Origin: Anthoceros angustus
Lineage: Eukaryota > Plantae > Anthocerotophyta
NCBI GenBank assembly: GCA_010909165.1
Contig: MU008181.1
Location: 248,001-312,000 of the forward strand
Reading direction: 5' to 3'
DNA length: 64,000 bases
Of the stretch, positions 1 through 11,982 are shown piece by piece (the first letter of the stretch is position 1; every line of letters begins with the position of its first letter). The notes under the pieces were generated by a model. The model ran no database searches. It worked only from the letters and a program-made list of their open reading frames with translations, and was not told the DNA's origin. The position numbers were made by a program, and so were the translations under genes.

Positions 1-1400
1 ACCTCACCCAGAGACTCCTCCTGTCCAAGAACCGAGTCAATCTCCTGCACGGCAGCCTCTGCTGCTTCAGCCTTTTCTTCCGGGAGGAGTTCCTCTTCAT
101 CTTCCTCATCATCGTCGTCATCCTTGTTGGCTTCCACCTCGGCCTTTCTCTTGGCCTCTTCTTCCTCCTCAACCTTCTTCTCGGCCTCAAACTTCGGCTT
201 CCACGTCTCGTCCCTGATCTTTCTGGCCACCTCCTCGTCATCCGCGATCAAGATGTTGTCAAACAAGATGTCCTTCTGCATCGTCCAGATCTCGATTGCC
301 ACCGCGGTGACGGGCTCCAGCGACGGCTTCTCGAGCTCGAAGTAGTCGGGGTTGGGAATCTGCTGGGGTGCCCACTTGCCCTTGTACGCAGGGTTCTCGA
401 TGAGCGGAGCCTTCCACTTACCCTTGTACGCAGGGTTCTTCTTCAGCGGCCTCCTCCACTGTCCGCAGCCGGGTGCTTCGGCACACTTGGGGTTAGCCAC
501 CTTCGGCGGCTCCCACACGCCATCCTCCTCGTCATCCCAGTCCTCCGGCTTCACAGCCTCCTCATCGTCCACCTCATCGGGCTCATCATCCAGCCATCCC
601 TCCGGCTTAACCGCCTCCTCATCCGCAACCTCCCTAGGCGCCTCCTCGTCCCAGTCCTCCGGCTTGCTCGCCTCGGGATCCGGAATCTTGGCCCGCTCAT
701 CCCAGTCCTCCGGCTTCTTGTCCTCCGGATCAGGAATAGTGGCGGGAGGAATGACAGCCGGCTTGAAGTCGGTCTGAGACAGCAGATCCGCCGTCTTCTT
801 CACCTCCCCGTCCACCAGAATGCTCACGCTGTGGTTCCCATGCAGCACCGCCGTATACACATGCGACAGCTTGTCTCCGGCCGGCACCGGGGGATTGGCC
901 AGGTGGTGCTCCACCACCTCCCCGGTCTTCGGGTTCTTGTGCCGGAAGATGAAGTGCACCTTGTTCGTAGACCCGCACTTGTCCGGCCCGAACATGACGC
1001 TGTAAGGCGACGAGTTGTCGAGCAGCGAGGGCTTCCACCCCGCGGCCTGCGGCTCCAAGAACTTGAGGTACGCCCCTCCGCATTGCAGCCCGCTCTGCAG
1101 CCGCACGTCATACTGCAACACCACGGTCCCCTCCCCGAACACCACCTTCTCCGGCACCTCCACGGCTATGGCGTGCTTCCTGGCCACGTCGTTGGCCAGA
1201 AGGCCGTAATCCTCGTGCCCCTTGCTGGCCTCGTGCTTCCACGTTCCCTCGTACTCCGCCTTCTCGGACGGCACCCAGCGGCCCTCCCACGTCTCGTCGA
1301 AGGGCTCGTAGAACGCCGGCCCCGCCCCGGCCACCGCGACCGCAGCGGCAGCCAGGCACAGCAGCAGCTGATGCATCATAGTCACGCTCCGCCGAGCCAT
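1..1400 (-). CDS. CNX: Calnexin (ER lectin chaperone), 3' end runs off the window start; no intron in the visible 1.4 kb
   Basis: Manual translation from the ATG at 1400: signal peptide (MARRSVTMMHQLLLCLAAAAVAVAG), LQYDVRLQSGLQCGGAYLK, SVMFGPDKCGSTNKVHFIFRHKNP, P-domain repeats IPDPEDKKPEDWD / KPEDWDEE / GKWKAPLIENPAYKGKW, then EIWTMQKDILFDNILI. It is absent from the ORF track because it has no stop inside the window. Confidence 0.96.
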   Translation of the reverse strand, partial: MARRSVTMMHQLLLCLAAAAVAVAGAGPAFYEPFDETWEGRWVPSEKAEYEGTWKHEASKGHEDYGLLANDVARKHAIAVEVPEKVVFGEGTVVLQYDVRLQSGLQCGGAYLKFLEPQAAGWKPSLLDNSSPYSVMFGPDKCGSTNKVHFIFRHKNPKTGEVVEHHLANPPVPAGDKLSHVYTAVLHGNHSVSILVDGEVKKTADLLSQTDFKPAVIPPATIPDPEDKKPEDWDERAKIPDPEASKPEDWDEEAPREVADEEAVKPEGWLDDEPDEVDDEEAVKPEDWDDEEDGVWEPPKVANPKCAEAPGCGQWRRPLKKNPAYKGKWKAPLIENPAYKGKWAPQQIPNPDYFELEKPSLEPVTAVAIEIWTMQKDILFDNILIADDEEVARKIRDETWKPKFEAEKKVEEEEEAKRKAEVEANKDDDDDEEDEEELLPEEKAEAAEAAVQEIDSVLGQEESLGE

Positions 1401-2272
1401 GGCTGGCGTCCTCGCAGCTCTCTCGCACAGGGCAGCCCCGCGTCGCAATCCTCGCCCTCGGGCCCGGGCCTCGCAGGGAGAAGCTGGCGGAAAGATAGCG
1501 GCAGCTGGCGAGGAGTCAGTGGTGACGCGCCCCGACCCTAAGATGAGCTCGTCAAGCCATGCATACATGTAGCATGCATTGCCCCGATATCGAGCAAAGG
1601 CAAAGAAGCTCCCAGAACCCGGAAACCGAGAACGCGACCCTGGTTGGTGGCCGCCTTGCCCTAACTCTCTCCCATAACGTGGATTCCACGTACCCTCTCC
1701 CTTTGTCTCGTCAAGGGGATCACGCCAAGCACGCCTCGGCCCCATCCGGCGACCGTCCCTCGACCACGCTCGAGTACCTGCATCAGATTCCACAGATCAA
1801 TCTCACATGGCTGTTGTGATTGTCCCGTAACGGGTTTTTCTTGGGCTTTCTCTTGCTCCTGCTCGGCTTATTTGCCCGCTATGTGATTGTTTGATTGACG
1901 ACACCCTTGTTGAGTGTGGGTATGCGTTCAGGAGACGGAATATGCTCCCGTCACACCAACACGATTCCGGAAGCCGAGCGAAACGAATCGCCGGAACAGC
2001 GCTGTCGGGTTCCGATTTCGTGTTGTTTGTCACACAACCGGTGATGTAGGTAGTACAACTCTCCCTTAGAGATGAATTCTACGTGCTCAAAGGTGAAATT
2101 TACTCAGCAGGCCTTTCATGACAAGTTCACCAACACTCCTCTAACTTGCTGAATCATCTACTTTATTGAGAGGGGAAGAGATGGGGTGAGACCATCTACC
2201 ATGAATTATCCACCACTTGAGGTTAGCTAGTGGCCTACCTACTTGTCCTTCGCAGGACTGGTTCTAACTCAG

Positions 2273-4036
2273 CTAGAGCCTCACATAACATGGCATCCAC
2301 ATCCTCAGCAGGCATGCTGACTGACCTGTCTCTCTTCCTCTCCTGGAGACAGACCTACTTCGAGCCCTCTCAATGGCAGCACTTGGATCCAAGCCTAGGG
2401 AGCGAAGGTGCCTTCCCATTCTGTCAGTGGACAACATGCCATCCCGCTCAGCTGTCCTTGGCGTGACAGAGTTGCTGTGACCTACAGTTTTCTTTGATCG
2501 ATGCTCTACTAGCAACTGTTTCTTCCTCCTCCGAATCGCGGCAAGAGCCTTCTTCTCCTCTTCAGTGAGTTATTCTGCTTCTTCCATGTCCTCATCTTCA
2601 CCCTCAGCTGCCTCACGGGCTGCCTCTTCCCGCTCCAACTCATCAAGCGTCTGCAGGATGTGAGCATCCACAAAGTCTGCAATGTTGTGACCATGGACAA
2701 TCTCAGGCACAACGTCATCCTTTCAGCTCTCATCCAGCAGCAAGTAGTGCTTGTGGAGATTGGCAGAATAGACTCCAGCACCACCATGCTTGTCCTCCAG
2801 GTCCCTCTCAGGTGCCTTGAGAGACAGTGACACCATTTGCCTGCGCGTCCAGCACAGCTTGCGGAATGCAAGGTGGCCGATCCTTCGCATCTCTGGCCTT
2901 GGGCATGGCCACATGTGTCCTGTTCAAACAATCATTCATTTTCTTTGACTTCATCTTCACCTCCACCCTTTGTTGAAGCAAACGCTCACAAGCTGCATTT
3001 TTGACTGCTATCGACCCCCCCTCTGTCATGGTGCTGATTGTCAGCAAACAACCCTCCTCGTCCAGAGAGCTAGAATCTGCAAAAACCCCTGCTGAGCACC
3101 TAGCAGCCTCCTTCCTCATGTCACCATGAAGCTGCCTCTCATCCTCAGACAGCGTCTCCAAGGGCTGCAAGTCGACCTTGTTGCAGGCAATCAACACAGG
3201 CTTGTTGGCAAACAAGGGCTTGATGCTGTGGAACAGAGCAGCCTGCTGTGCTAGAGAATACCCACATGCCCCAGACAGATCACAAACAAAAAGCACAGCT
3301 GCACGGGGATGGGCAAGTGCAGTCACACTCAGCATTTCGATAGTCTTACGGTCCTCCAGCGGATGATCCAGAATGCCAGGCGTATCAATCACCTGCCATC
3401 TCAGATATTTATAATCCGTGTGACCTACAAACAGGGATTTAGTAGTAAATGCATACGGCTGCACATCAACATCGGCCCTCGTTATCTTGTTGATGAAGGA
3501 ACTCTTCCCACATTCGGATACCCACATATGAGAATAGTCCTAGTGTTAGGGTCAATGGAAGGGAGCCGTGACATATGCTGCCTAACCTGCTCCAGGTAGG
3601 CCAGACTAGGGCCAATCCTTTTCATCAGGGTGCACATCCTGCCCAACGCTGCCTTCTTGAGCTGCTTGCACCGGTACAACGAATCTCCATATTTCAACAG
3701 GCGGACATAGTCCTTGGCAATCTTCTCCACCAAATTCCGAGCAGTGTTTATTTGCCCGAGAGCAAGCTTATAGTGGTCCTTATCATACAAGACATTCAGC
3801 AAATTACCATAGAAAGGATGGATGTCATCAAGACGGGGGAAGTCTTTTAGGATGGTGCTCAGCTTGTCATGAAAGGTCTGGTGAGCGACTTTCACCTTGC
3901 GCATGTACAATTGACGGATGCCATCGATAGCGTTACATTTGTGCACCACTGTGGGTGTCTGCCGCTGGGTCCGGGAGAGCACAAAATCCTTGCCCGTTGG
4001 CACCACCGTGACCTTTTTGAGGTTGTAGAGCACCAT
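2273..4036 (-). pseudogene. NOG1: Nucleolar GTP-binding protein 1 (NOG1) pseudogene, intronless, with frameshifts and in-frame stops
   Basis: [80 protein letters not shown] and GGAGVYSANL are spread over several frames. Frameshifts occur near 3500 and 2810. Stops fall at DES*KDD (TGA for TGG) and EAE*LTEE (TAA for CAA). Confidence 0.88.
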
Positions 4037-4598
4037 GGCGACACGAATTTTCTTCAGCTAAGCTCTCGACTGCGGATACTAAAACTTAAAGATGCCCTAA
4101 CTATGTCCCACTCTTTGGCTACTTCGGCCCTTATAAGGCACCTGGTTATCATCCTCTCTTCCCTTCAACCTCTCCTCCAACCACGTTGTTTGGTACGTGG
4201 GTGCCGCGTAGCAACACCCCTAGATAAAGAACATAGACAAAGACCTAATCTTGATTCCAAACGGATGTAGGTTCTGTATCAACCCGCCTGGTCTGAGAGA
4301 GCCGTGGCGGGGCCGACTTGGCAGGTACCAGAGTCATGTATCCAGTGAAGGCGCAAGCACAGCCGTTACAGGCTCTGTGGGACAACAAAGCCGCTAATAC
4401 CGTTATGTATCTCCCTTGGCGATCTCCAGGGCGAGGGCGAGGGCGAGGGCGAGGTGAGGACGAGGCGAGGGAGAGGCGAGGGCGACGCGGGGCGTGGGCT
4501 CGTCGTGCTAGACCAATGCTTCAGGCCATGGCGACATGCCTCTCCCTCTCCCTCTCTCCCTCGCCCATGAGCGCGAGCGCCTTTGATGCCTGACTACC

Positions 4599-7500
4599 AT
4601 GGCCCCTGCAAGGCCCCAGGAGCACCGCCTCCCGGCTGCGTGCGGGTCGGATGAAGCGCGCCTGCCCTTCGACGGCCTGCCTCCGCTCCCGGATGCCGCC
4701 TCCCGCCGAGCGCCGGGCTATGGCCGCGCCGATGCCGACCAGCCGTCCACCTCCTACGGCTCTCCCGCCCGCTACTCCAAGCCTGCCGCCCCCTCTGAGG
4801 ACGTGCTCAGGGCGCAGTTGGCGCAGCGGGCTCCCGAGACGCATTGCATCCGGGAGCAGCTCAATTGCCTCCGGCAGCAGCAGCAGCAGCAGCACACGGC
4901 GTCCACCTCCGGGCACAGCACGCCGGGGAGGAGGCCGGTGGCCATGGACATCCCCCTGCACGAAGTTTGTGACAGGCCCCAGGGGCGCGGCCGCGGGTTG
5001 CGGCCTTCGGCCCCGCAGGCCGGCAGGAAATTCGCAGCCGCGACGTTGAATCAAAACCCGTCCCGGGCGACCCCAGGTGCAGGCTGGCGGCTGCGGACGG
5101 GAGGCTGGGAGATGCAGGCAAGGGTTCGGGGACAGGTGGTGAGCGAGGGGGCGACGGGGAGCATGGAAATGTGATGAACCTTAGGTTAGCTTTGAATGAG
5201 AAGGAGATGCAATTGGTGGAGTTACGGGATCAGCATGTGGAGCTGGTGAATCGTTCCGCTGAGGCGCGTGAGAATTATGAGGAGGCTATCAGGTGTAAGG
5301 ATAATGTCATTCAGCAGCTTCAGGAGGTTATCAACGGGAAGAAGTTTCTTTGTTCCAGGTACCTACGCAGGGCAGGGTCTTGTGCTCGAATTCTTTCATT
5401 TTCGATGGCTAGGTCTACGTCAAACTCATGTAAGTGGTGGTGGTTTTGGCGGGCAGAGACCGGGAGGCACTGCAACAAACCATTTGTCAGCAGGTCAGTC
5501 CGGTGTGTCCATGAAAGTGTGGGGAAAACGGGGACAGATGAGCTTTGGTGCCGTCCCTCTATTTTCCTCCCTCGTACCAGTTTTGGCTTGTGACTGGTAT
5601 GCAATGCAGAGGACTGAGCTCGAGCGGAAGGAAATGGAGGTTGCATCCCTCCAGGCCAAACTCGCGCGGCAAGTTCAGGACTTTGTTGAGCAGCAGAAGA
5701 CCATTTGCAAGGTCACTAGTCAACTGGATGCTCAAGAAAAGGAGAGGGCTAGCCAGTCGCAGTGTCTTTTTGTGGAGGTAGGCTCACCATTGAAGATGAT
5801 GTCGCTGAAGTATGAGGTATATCCAGCAGTTATCAACAAATGCTGGTCTGTATATTGTAGCTGGAGGAGATGAGTGGGCGGCTGCAAGAGCTGGAAACAA
5901 GACTACAAGACAAGGATGAGGTAGCTTTCTGCCTATGCTCTCTATCTTGTATTGAATGTATGGTATGCGGGTGACAAGTCACAAGTAAAGCTTTTGTCCC
6001 TTATTGCCAGGTGATCGAATCACAAAGGGCCTGCTGTCAAGAACTCAAGTCCCTGGTCTGGAGAAGGGAGTGTATGATTGCGCAGCTGCAGCTTTCTGAG
6101 CAGCAATTGCAATCCAATCTTGTCAAGTAACGATTCCATTCCCTTCTGCCCCAAGTGTTTCAAAACAGGATTCTTTTTTCCTTTAGCTAGATGGAATATG
6201 GGATACGTGGTGTTCTCTCTCCCTTCAACCCTTAGTCATGCTGCTTGCAGAGAATCTTCAGCTTATGAAGAGCTTAAAACAACCAAAGTGCAGTTAGAGA
6301 ATGAGAAACGTGCACTGGAGGAGGTACGGTTGGTCTGCCTTGCGTACATGACTGAGCCTCCTTCTCACCCTAAACCCTATAAACTCTTGTGTTATGTTTG
6401 ACATTTAGAGGGAACTTACAGTGGTTGTGTTCGTTGTGCTTGTGTGACCAGCATGTTTGTCACCTGAGACACGAGCTTGCTTCCTTGGAAGAGGCAGGGT
6501 GTCACAACGTGAAGGTATGAAAGCTTGGGGCTTCTTGCTGGGGATGAAGGTTGTTGAACTATGGCCTGATAGAAGGTAAACTGTTTTGACACACTAGTTG
6601 CTAAAAGAAAAAGACGATTGCATAAGAGGAAAGGAGTGTCAGCTCACGCAGCTAAGGGAGTTATTGCGAGCGAAGGAAGAGGAACTTGACTCAGAGCTTG
6701 GCGGTCAATGTCGTATCCGGGATGAGCATCAAAAGTGAGTAACTGTCTCTCTGCACATCACCATTCCGTGCACTCGACGTGATGAAGCATAATTTCCCCT
6801 CAATTTGTGGCTGTTTCAGGATGCTGGAAGAATATGACTGCTTGAAGGTCCAGTACGACCACATCAGGTCGGAGCATGACCACTTCAAGTCCGAGTGCTA
6901 TCGCATCACAGAGGAGTATGAAAATCTAAAAGTCCAATGTGAAGTGATGAGAACACAACTGGAGGGTCTTGAGTTTCAGCAGCGACAGCTTGATGCCGCT
7001 CGTGCTCAAAATGAGCAAATGCGGTCGAGCCTGAAGATAGCACAAGAGCGGCTGACCGCTTTGCAGTTGTAAGTTCTCCAAATGAATCAACCCAATTTCT
7101 GCTTTCCGCTTTGCAGCTAGTTCGTTCCTCAGTTGAACAGACTAGCAGGGAGTGATTCCTAGAAAACAAATTGGTGACTACGTAGGTAAGGGGAGGAAGA
7201 GGGGGAAGAGGGAAGGGGGGGGGAGGAGGGGAGAGAGAGAGTCCGAGTCAAAAGGATGCTCCCTAGCTGACCACGTGATGTGACGAATGCATGAAACCAG
7301 AACCATATCTCAAGCAGAGCGTGATGCTTGCATAAAGCGCTCCACTTGTATGGATGTGTTCACAAACGAGCTGTACGAGAATGGTAAGAGATTCTATTTC
7401 AGCATGAGCTCCCAGTGATCACATTCTAGGGCAAATTTGATCCAGGGCTTTTCATGGAAGAATCCTGACCTTGTTGACATGGAATAGATCCATGTGGTGC

Positions 7501-9344
7501 GCTCGCCTCCCCTACGAAGTGCACATATCACTCTCCTCGTAACCAGGTACCATGTGCAGAAGTGAAATACTCGCAAATCTTGTTGCTTTTAAATGGCGGT
7601 CTGAAGAAGTCGTATGATTTAATTGGGTTATGGTCATGTCAGTATGCTGACTTCGTGGATGGCTTACTCTACAGATGCAAGGAAGTGAAGCAAATACTAG
7701 ACCTTCATCTCCAAAATGTCCCCTCTTATCTCCGAAATGTCCTGACTTGTCTATACCTTGTCCTGTCCTATCCAAACCATGTCCCGTCCTTTCCAAACCA
7801 TGTCCGGTCCTCTCCAAACCTTGTCCTGTGCTCTCCAAACCCTGTCCTGTGCTCTCCAAACCCTGTCCAGTCCTCTCCAAACCCTGTCCAGTCGTCTCCA
7901 AACCCTGTCCCTTGAGATCCAAAGCCAGTTCTAGCAAACCATGTTTGTCACCTGGTCACTCCTCTCCTAAGCTTGGGTCACACTCGAAGGCTGGGGGTAA
8001 AACTGCGCACTTTGCAGAGTCTCCCAAGATGAGTCGAATCACTACACCCAGGGGCAGGCTGGCAGAACGGGTAGCAGTCCGCAAACAGGATCAGGATGCA
8101 CAACCCTCATCATCGCGAAAACGAGGAAACTCACCAACTTATAGGAGGGGCATGCTCTCTTCGCACAAGCGAGATACTTCACCATCTCGGAGTTGTTGCC
8201 TTTCACCACAGCGGTTGAGTGAGAGATCACCGCCAAAACGCGACAGCTCCCCCAGATTGGGTTCCTGTATGAGCAGGGCATATGGTCAATCTGGTGGATC
8301 AAAGCAATCGTCTCCACCTACTCAAGTGGATGAATGCACATCTTGCTCCAAGAACGCTTCCTCCCACAGGCAGATGGATCGAAAATGCTATTGCAAGTCA
8401 CGCTGTCCAAGCCATGTCGACTGCAGCTCTGACCAGGAAATGAAGAATTTGCAAGGTATCGTTGTAAACTTGTGCTGCATCTGTCCTTGGATGCATACAT
8501 TCAAGCTTTCTTGATTCTGTGTATTAGGTTTTTGGCAGCGGAACCAGGCAGCCGCATGATCCTGTTTCTTTTCTTTGCTCTTTTTTTACCATTATGTAAA
8601 CCCCTGCTAAAGAATGGTGGTCTTATGTGGTGCAGAGGAAATTTTTAACAGGGAGAGGGGCTGGAGACATACAGAAGCCAAGATGAGGGCTGAGCTTTGC
8701 CGACGTCTGGAGCAAGTTCATGATGCTTACTACCAGAATAATGCCTGCAAGGTAGGTTCTAGGCGCAATGCTTGCGTATCAATGGCTAGCTGACTCCACC
8801 CTGTCTGTTCGCCTGTCCTCCTGACAAGTTTTCTGCTCTGCATCCAGCGTTCATATGCTCGATCCTATATACAGTCACAGGCTAATAAAGCGGCTCAACG
8901 TCCACAATGGCAGCACAAGAAAGTCTCACATTGTCCTTGCCCATCCTGAATGGTCTATCCAAGGCTTTTTTAAAATGTAGGAGAGCGCACGGTCAAGTTG
9001 AGGAGCACTTGTAGGTTTCCCGTTGGAGCCACATTGCTCTATCAACCGGAACAAGGTTGGCTAGTCATGATTCTCTCAATACTCAGCAAGATGGGTGGGC
9101 CTCAGTTTGCGGGTCAAATGTTGACGATGCCAATTGTTTTGCAGCTGAGAGAATACAGGCCAGTGACAGTTTCCGTGCCAGGAGCAGTACTGCAGAGCAT
9201 GACACGTTCCGAACATGGTTAGTCACCCGGAATCACATCACTGCAAAACTTCATTGTGTCATGTGTGCTCACAATCTGAACATCATGCACTTGCAGGGGA
9301 GTCAATCTTCTCTCCAGAACGGTCAGCTGGACCCATCCAACTAA
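4599..9344 (+). CDS. Multi-exon gene for an unrecognised coiled-coil protein with a Ser/Pro/Cys-rich C-terminal half; exon boundaries approximate
   Basis: Heptad-rich exon-sized segments separated by GT..AG introns: LALNEKEMQLVELRDQH (~5180), RTELERKEMEVASLQAKL (~5610), ELKTTKVQLENEKRALEE (~6270), MLEEYDCLKVQYDHIRSEH (~6820), a long ORF at 7675-8514, EEIFNRERGWRHTEAKMRAEL (~8637) and a last exon GSQSSLQNGQLDPSN* ending at 9344. Confidence 0.55.
7750..7917 (+). repeat. In-frame 21-bp minisatellite (7 units plus 1 degenerate unit) encoding SKPCPVL
   Basis: Units of type tccaaaccctgtcctgtgctc start at 7771, 7792, 7813, 7834, 7855, 7876 and 7897. Confidence 0.95.
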
Positions 9345-10297
9345 ACGTCTTACAAGGTTATCCTATTCGGCCATCCCCTTTCTTGGATTCGTTTTGACGA
9401 AGTTGACATCAACAGAAATGGATAGCTGGGTCTAGGTTGCCATGACATCATCTTCTGCGGAGAAATGCCCTGAAAATGCTCATCTGTCAATCCTTCAGGG
9501 AAGTGTGCGAAGGTCGGGAGCAAACGCCCGCCCGCTGGAGCATTTACCGACGAGTCAGCATGCACCTGAGATGACGAAGTGGCATGTTTTTGTTACGATG
9601 TGCGGGAGACTGGAGCACTCCAGCAGCTTTCTATCATCAGCAGCATGAGGATTCATCAGATGCTATCGTGCAAGCGGACCATGCATTTAGCAAGTTGTCC
9701 TGTTTTGCACCACCCAAACCTCGCTGGTGTTTAGCGCATATCACTGCTGGGAGCTGGGACACTTTGATGATGACGAAGTCCTTGGCGAACTACTTCCCCG
9801 AGGTTGTGAACTGTGAATGCTTGTTTGTGTAATGACTGACTTCCGGGGTGGTGGCTAGGACACTGCCACATCTTTAGCAGGATGGTTGAAGCTGATTGTC
9901 AGTACTGGCGAAGCTACCCACCTACTGCATCAGTCCGGTGAGCAGTCCGAACAACATAATCTGACACTGCTCATTGATGGCAATCACACGAGAAGGATCG
10001 GCTTTCGCGCTCACAGGAGAACCGAGCCCCCAGCTTCCAGGCCCCCCCGTCCCCTGTGACCCTGTGACGGGAGTAACTCCGGGCCCGGTAAGTATGTTGG
10101 CAAATGCCGCCGAGAAGGCGTCCTCATGTCATAGTGGAGGTCGAGCCGGCACCGGGAGCGTGAAGATTTGGTGATGACAGCGGGTAGTTGATTCCACATG
10201 AGTCAGCAGGCAGTGACCGGTCGTTATCAGGCACAGCACCATCAACCGTGCGCCTCGTTCCGTGTTCCGTCCTGTCATGAGCGCTGCTTTATTCCCT

Positions 10298-10347
10298 TCC
10301 CACATCGCACATGTGCCTGCCCGGAGGCTGTATCGTATGCATATATG
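10298..10347 (+). promoter_or_regulatory. Candidate plant snRNA-type promoter (USE plus TATA-like element)
   Basis: Exact TCCCACATCG at 10298-10307 matches the core of the plant USE consensus RTCCCACATCG. ATATAT starts at 10341, 33 bp downstream. Confidence 0.3.
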
Positions 10348-10641
10348 TACATACCCCAAGGCCAGGCCAAGCCGAATTCGCCCGTAAACGTGTCGCCTGC
10401 AACAATGTTGCTTCCGGTTCCCGGATGAGCTCCACCTGGGACGTGTCTCTCACAGCAGACTCACCTGAAGCCAAGCCTGTTTGCGACCCAGGGAATGAAG
10501 AGAAACGTCGGACGATGGACTTGGTCCTGGCCTGGCCAGGCCGGGGCTGGCCCTCAGTATGTATGCTGCAAGATGATCACCTTTGCAAAAGCGCATACAA
10601 ACCATGAGCGCCGTGCACAAGACGATTGCAACTGTTCCCGT

Positions 10642-10683
10642 CCTTCCTTCCTTCCTTCCTTCCTTCCTTCCCTCCTTCCTTCC
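10642..10683 (+). repeat. (TTCC)n microsatellite
   Basis: About 10 TTCC units with one interruption. Confidence 0.95.
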
Positions 10684-11664
10684 AGTTTCATCTCATCTCT
10701 TCTCATCCTGTTGTTCCTCAAGTCTCCACCACAGTAGAACTTTAAAGTGTCCGGCTGCTCCCGTCGCTAGCAGTGCAGTGCGGTAGCGCTAGCGCTGCCT
10801 CCAGGCTTCCACCATCGCTGCATTCGACGTGTTGTACCTCCTTCTAGATCTGCGGTAGTACTACCACCTGCTGTGATTGTAGTCCGACGCTGACCGGACG
10901 TGCAGGTCGGGAATACTCCGCCTGCCACCCCGGTGGGAGTGCAGCGCCCAGTGCCCAGTGCCCAGTGCCCGCACACCCACTACCCCCGAGGCTCGTCCTC
11001 CTCTTTCTCCCTCCGGCCCGCAGTCACGCTCAAGGAGCTCAAGGAGCCCAAGCACTGCACTTCTTGTTCGCAAATTGCACACTTGTGCGCTCCTTCCTGG
11101 AGGACATCGATTGCAATTGCTGCAGAATTTTTCGATTCTGACTTTCTGGAGACCCTGATGGCGATTCAGTCTGCATACATGTAGAGTCCCCGACCGTTTG
11201 GAAGGCCGAGAGTCTCAACCCTCAACCCGAGCAGCGGAGGGGAACGATTGCAGACAGTTCAAATCTCGTCACGCTGCGAGAAAGAAGCCTTGTGGCAATT
11301 CCGATCGCGCTCTGGTTCTCTGGTTTGGGTCGGTACCGGAGGCCTCGGGGATCGCTGATTGGAATGCTTCGGAGTAGTCCGGAGCTGAACGTTAGTGTTC
11401 ATGAATGGATGGCAAGTGCAGAGAGGAGGGATGGCGGGTCTCCACTACCCCGGACCCATTCCGCCCACTGGCAAGTACGTTTTCGCCTTGACCAGTCCGT
11501 CGTTGCCGGCCTGGGTTTGATGTTTGATTCGAATGCCGTTGATGCTGGAGTCTGTGCGACCTGCGATGTATGTTTTGAGCTAGGAGAGATGTTGTTCGAC
11601 GTGCATTGGGGCTGACTTTGTGCGTGTCTTGTGTGGCAGTGATAGTGCATGGAATTCGCAGCCG

Positions 11665-11982
11665 ATGTCGGCGTTTCCCTACGTGGTGGCGGGCTTTGCA
11701 GTGATGAGCATGCTCGTCCTGTTTGCTCTCTTCATGCTGGCTTGTTCCTTTGTGAGAAGAGAGGATATGGCGAGGGACAACATTGATCCAGCCGATGCAC
11801 AAGCAGCAAGGGATGGTTTAGAATCGGCGCAGCATCCACCACTGGGCAGCCACAATCCGCTCCTAGATCGTCCCATCACCGCCCACAACTTGCCGCACAA
11901 GGAGCAGGAAATGGTGGACCCGCTGGTTGTCATCATGGCGGGAGAGCAGGCGCCCACCCACATTGCCTGCCCAGCAATTTGA
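11665..11982 (+). CDS. GDU: GLUTAMINE DUMPER-like small membrane protein (VIMAG domain), 105 aa
   Basis: N-terminal TM helix (FPYVVAGFAVMSMLVLFALFMLACSF) followed by a C-terminal VVIMAGEQAPTHIACP matching the GDU VIMAG motif. Confidence 0.8.
   Translation: MSAFPYVVAGFAVMSMLVLFALFMLACSFVRREDMARDNIDPADAQAARDGLESAQHPPLGSHNPLLDRPITAHNLPHKEQEMVDPLVVIMAGEQAPTHIACPAI

Noticed and set aside
124-1541. Several ORFs on the + strand and alternative frames (e.g. 831-1541, 352-777)
   Set aside because: They are shadow frames of the GC-rich calnexin CDS on the minus strand.
9360-10200. Short ORFs downstream of the coiled-coil gene
   Set aside because: All are under 85 codons with no recognisable motifs or consistent splice pattern. 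They are probably 3' UTR or intergenic sequence.
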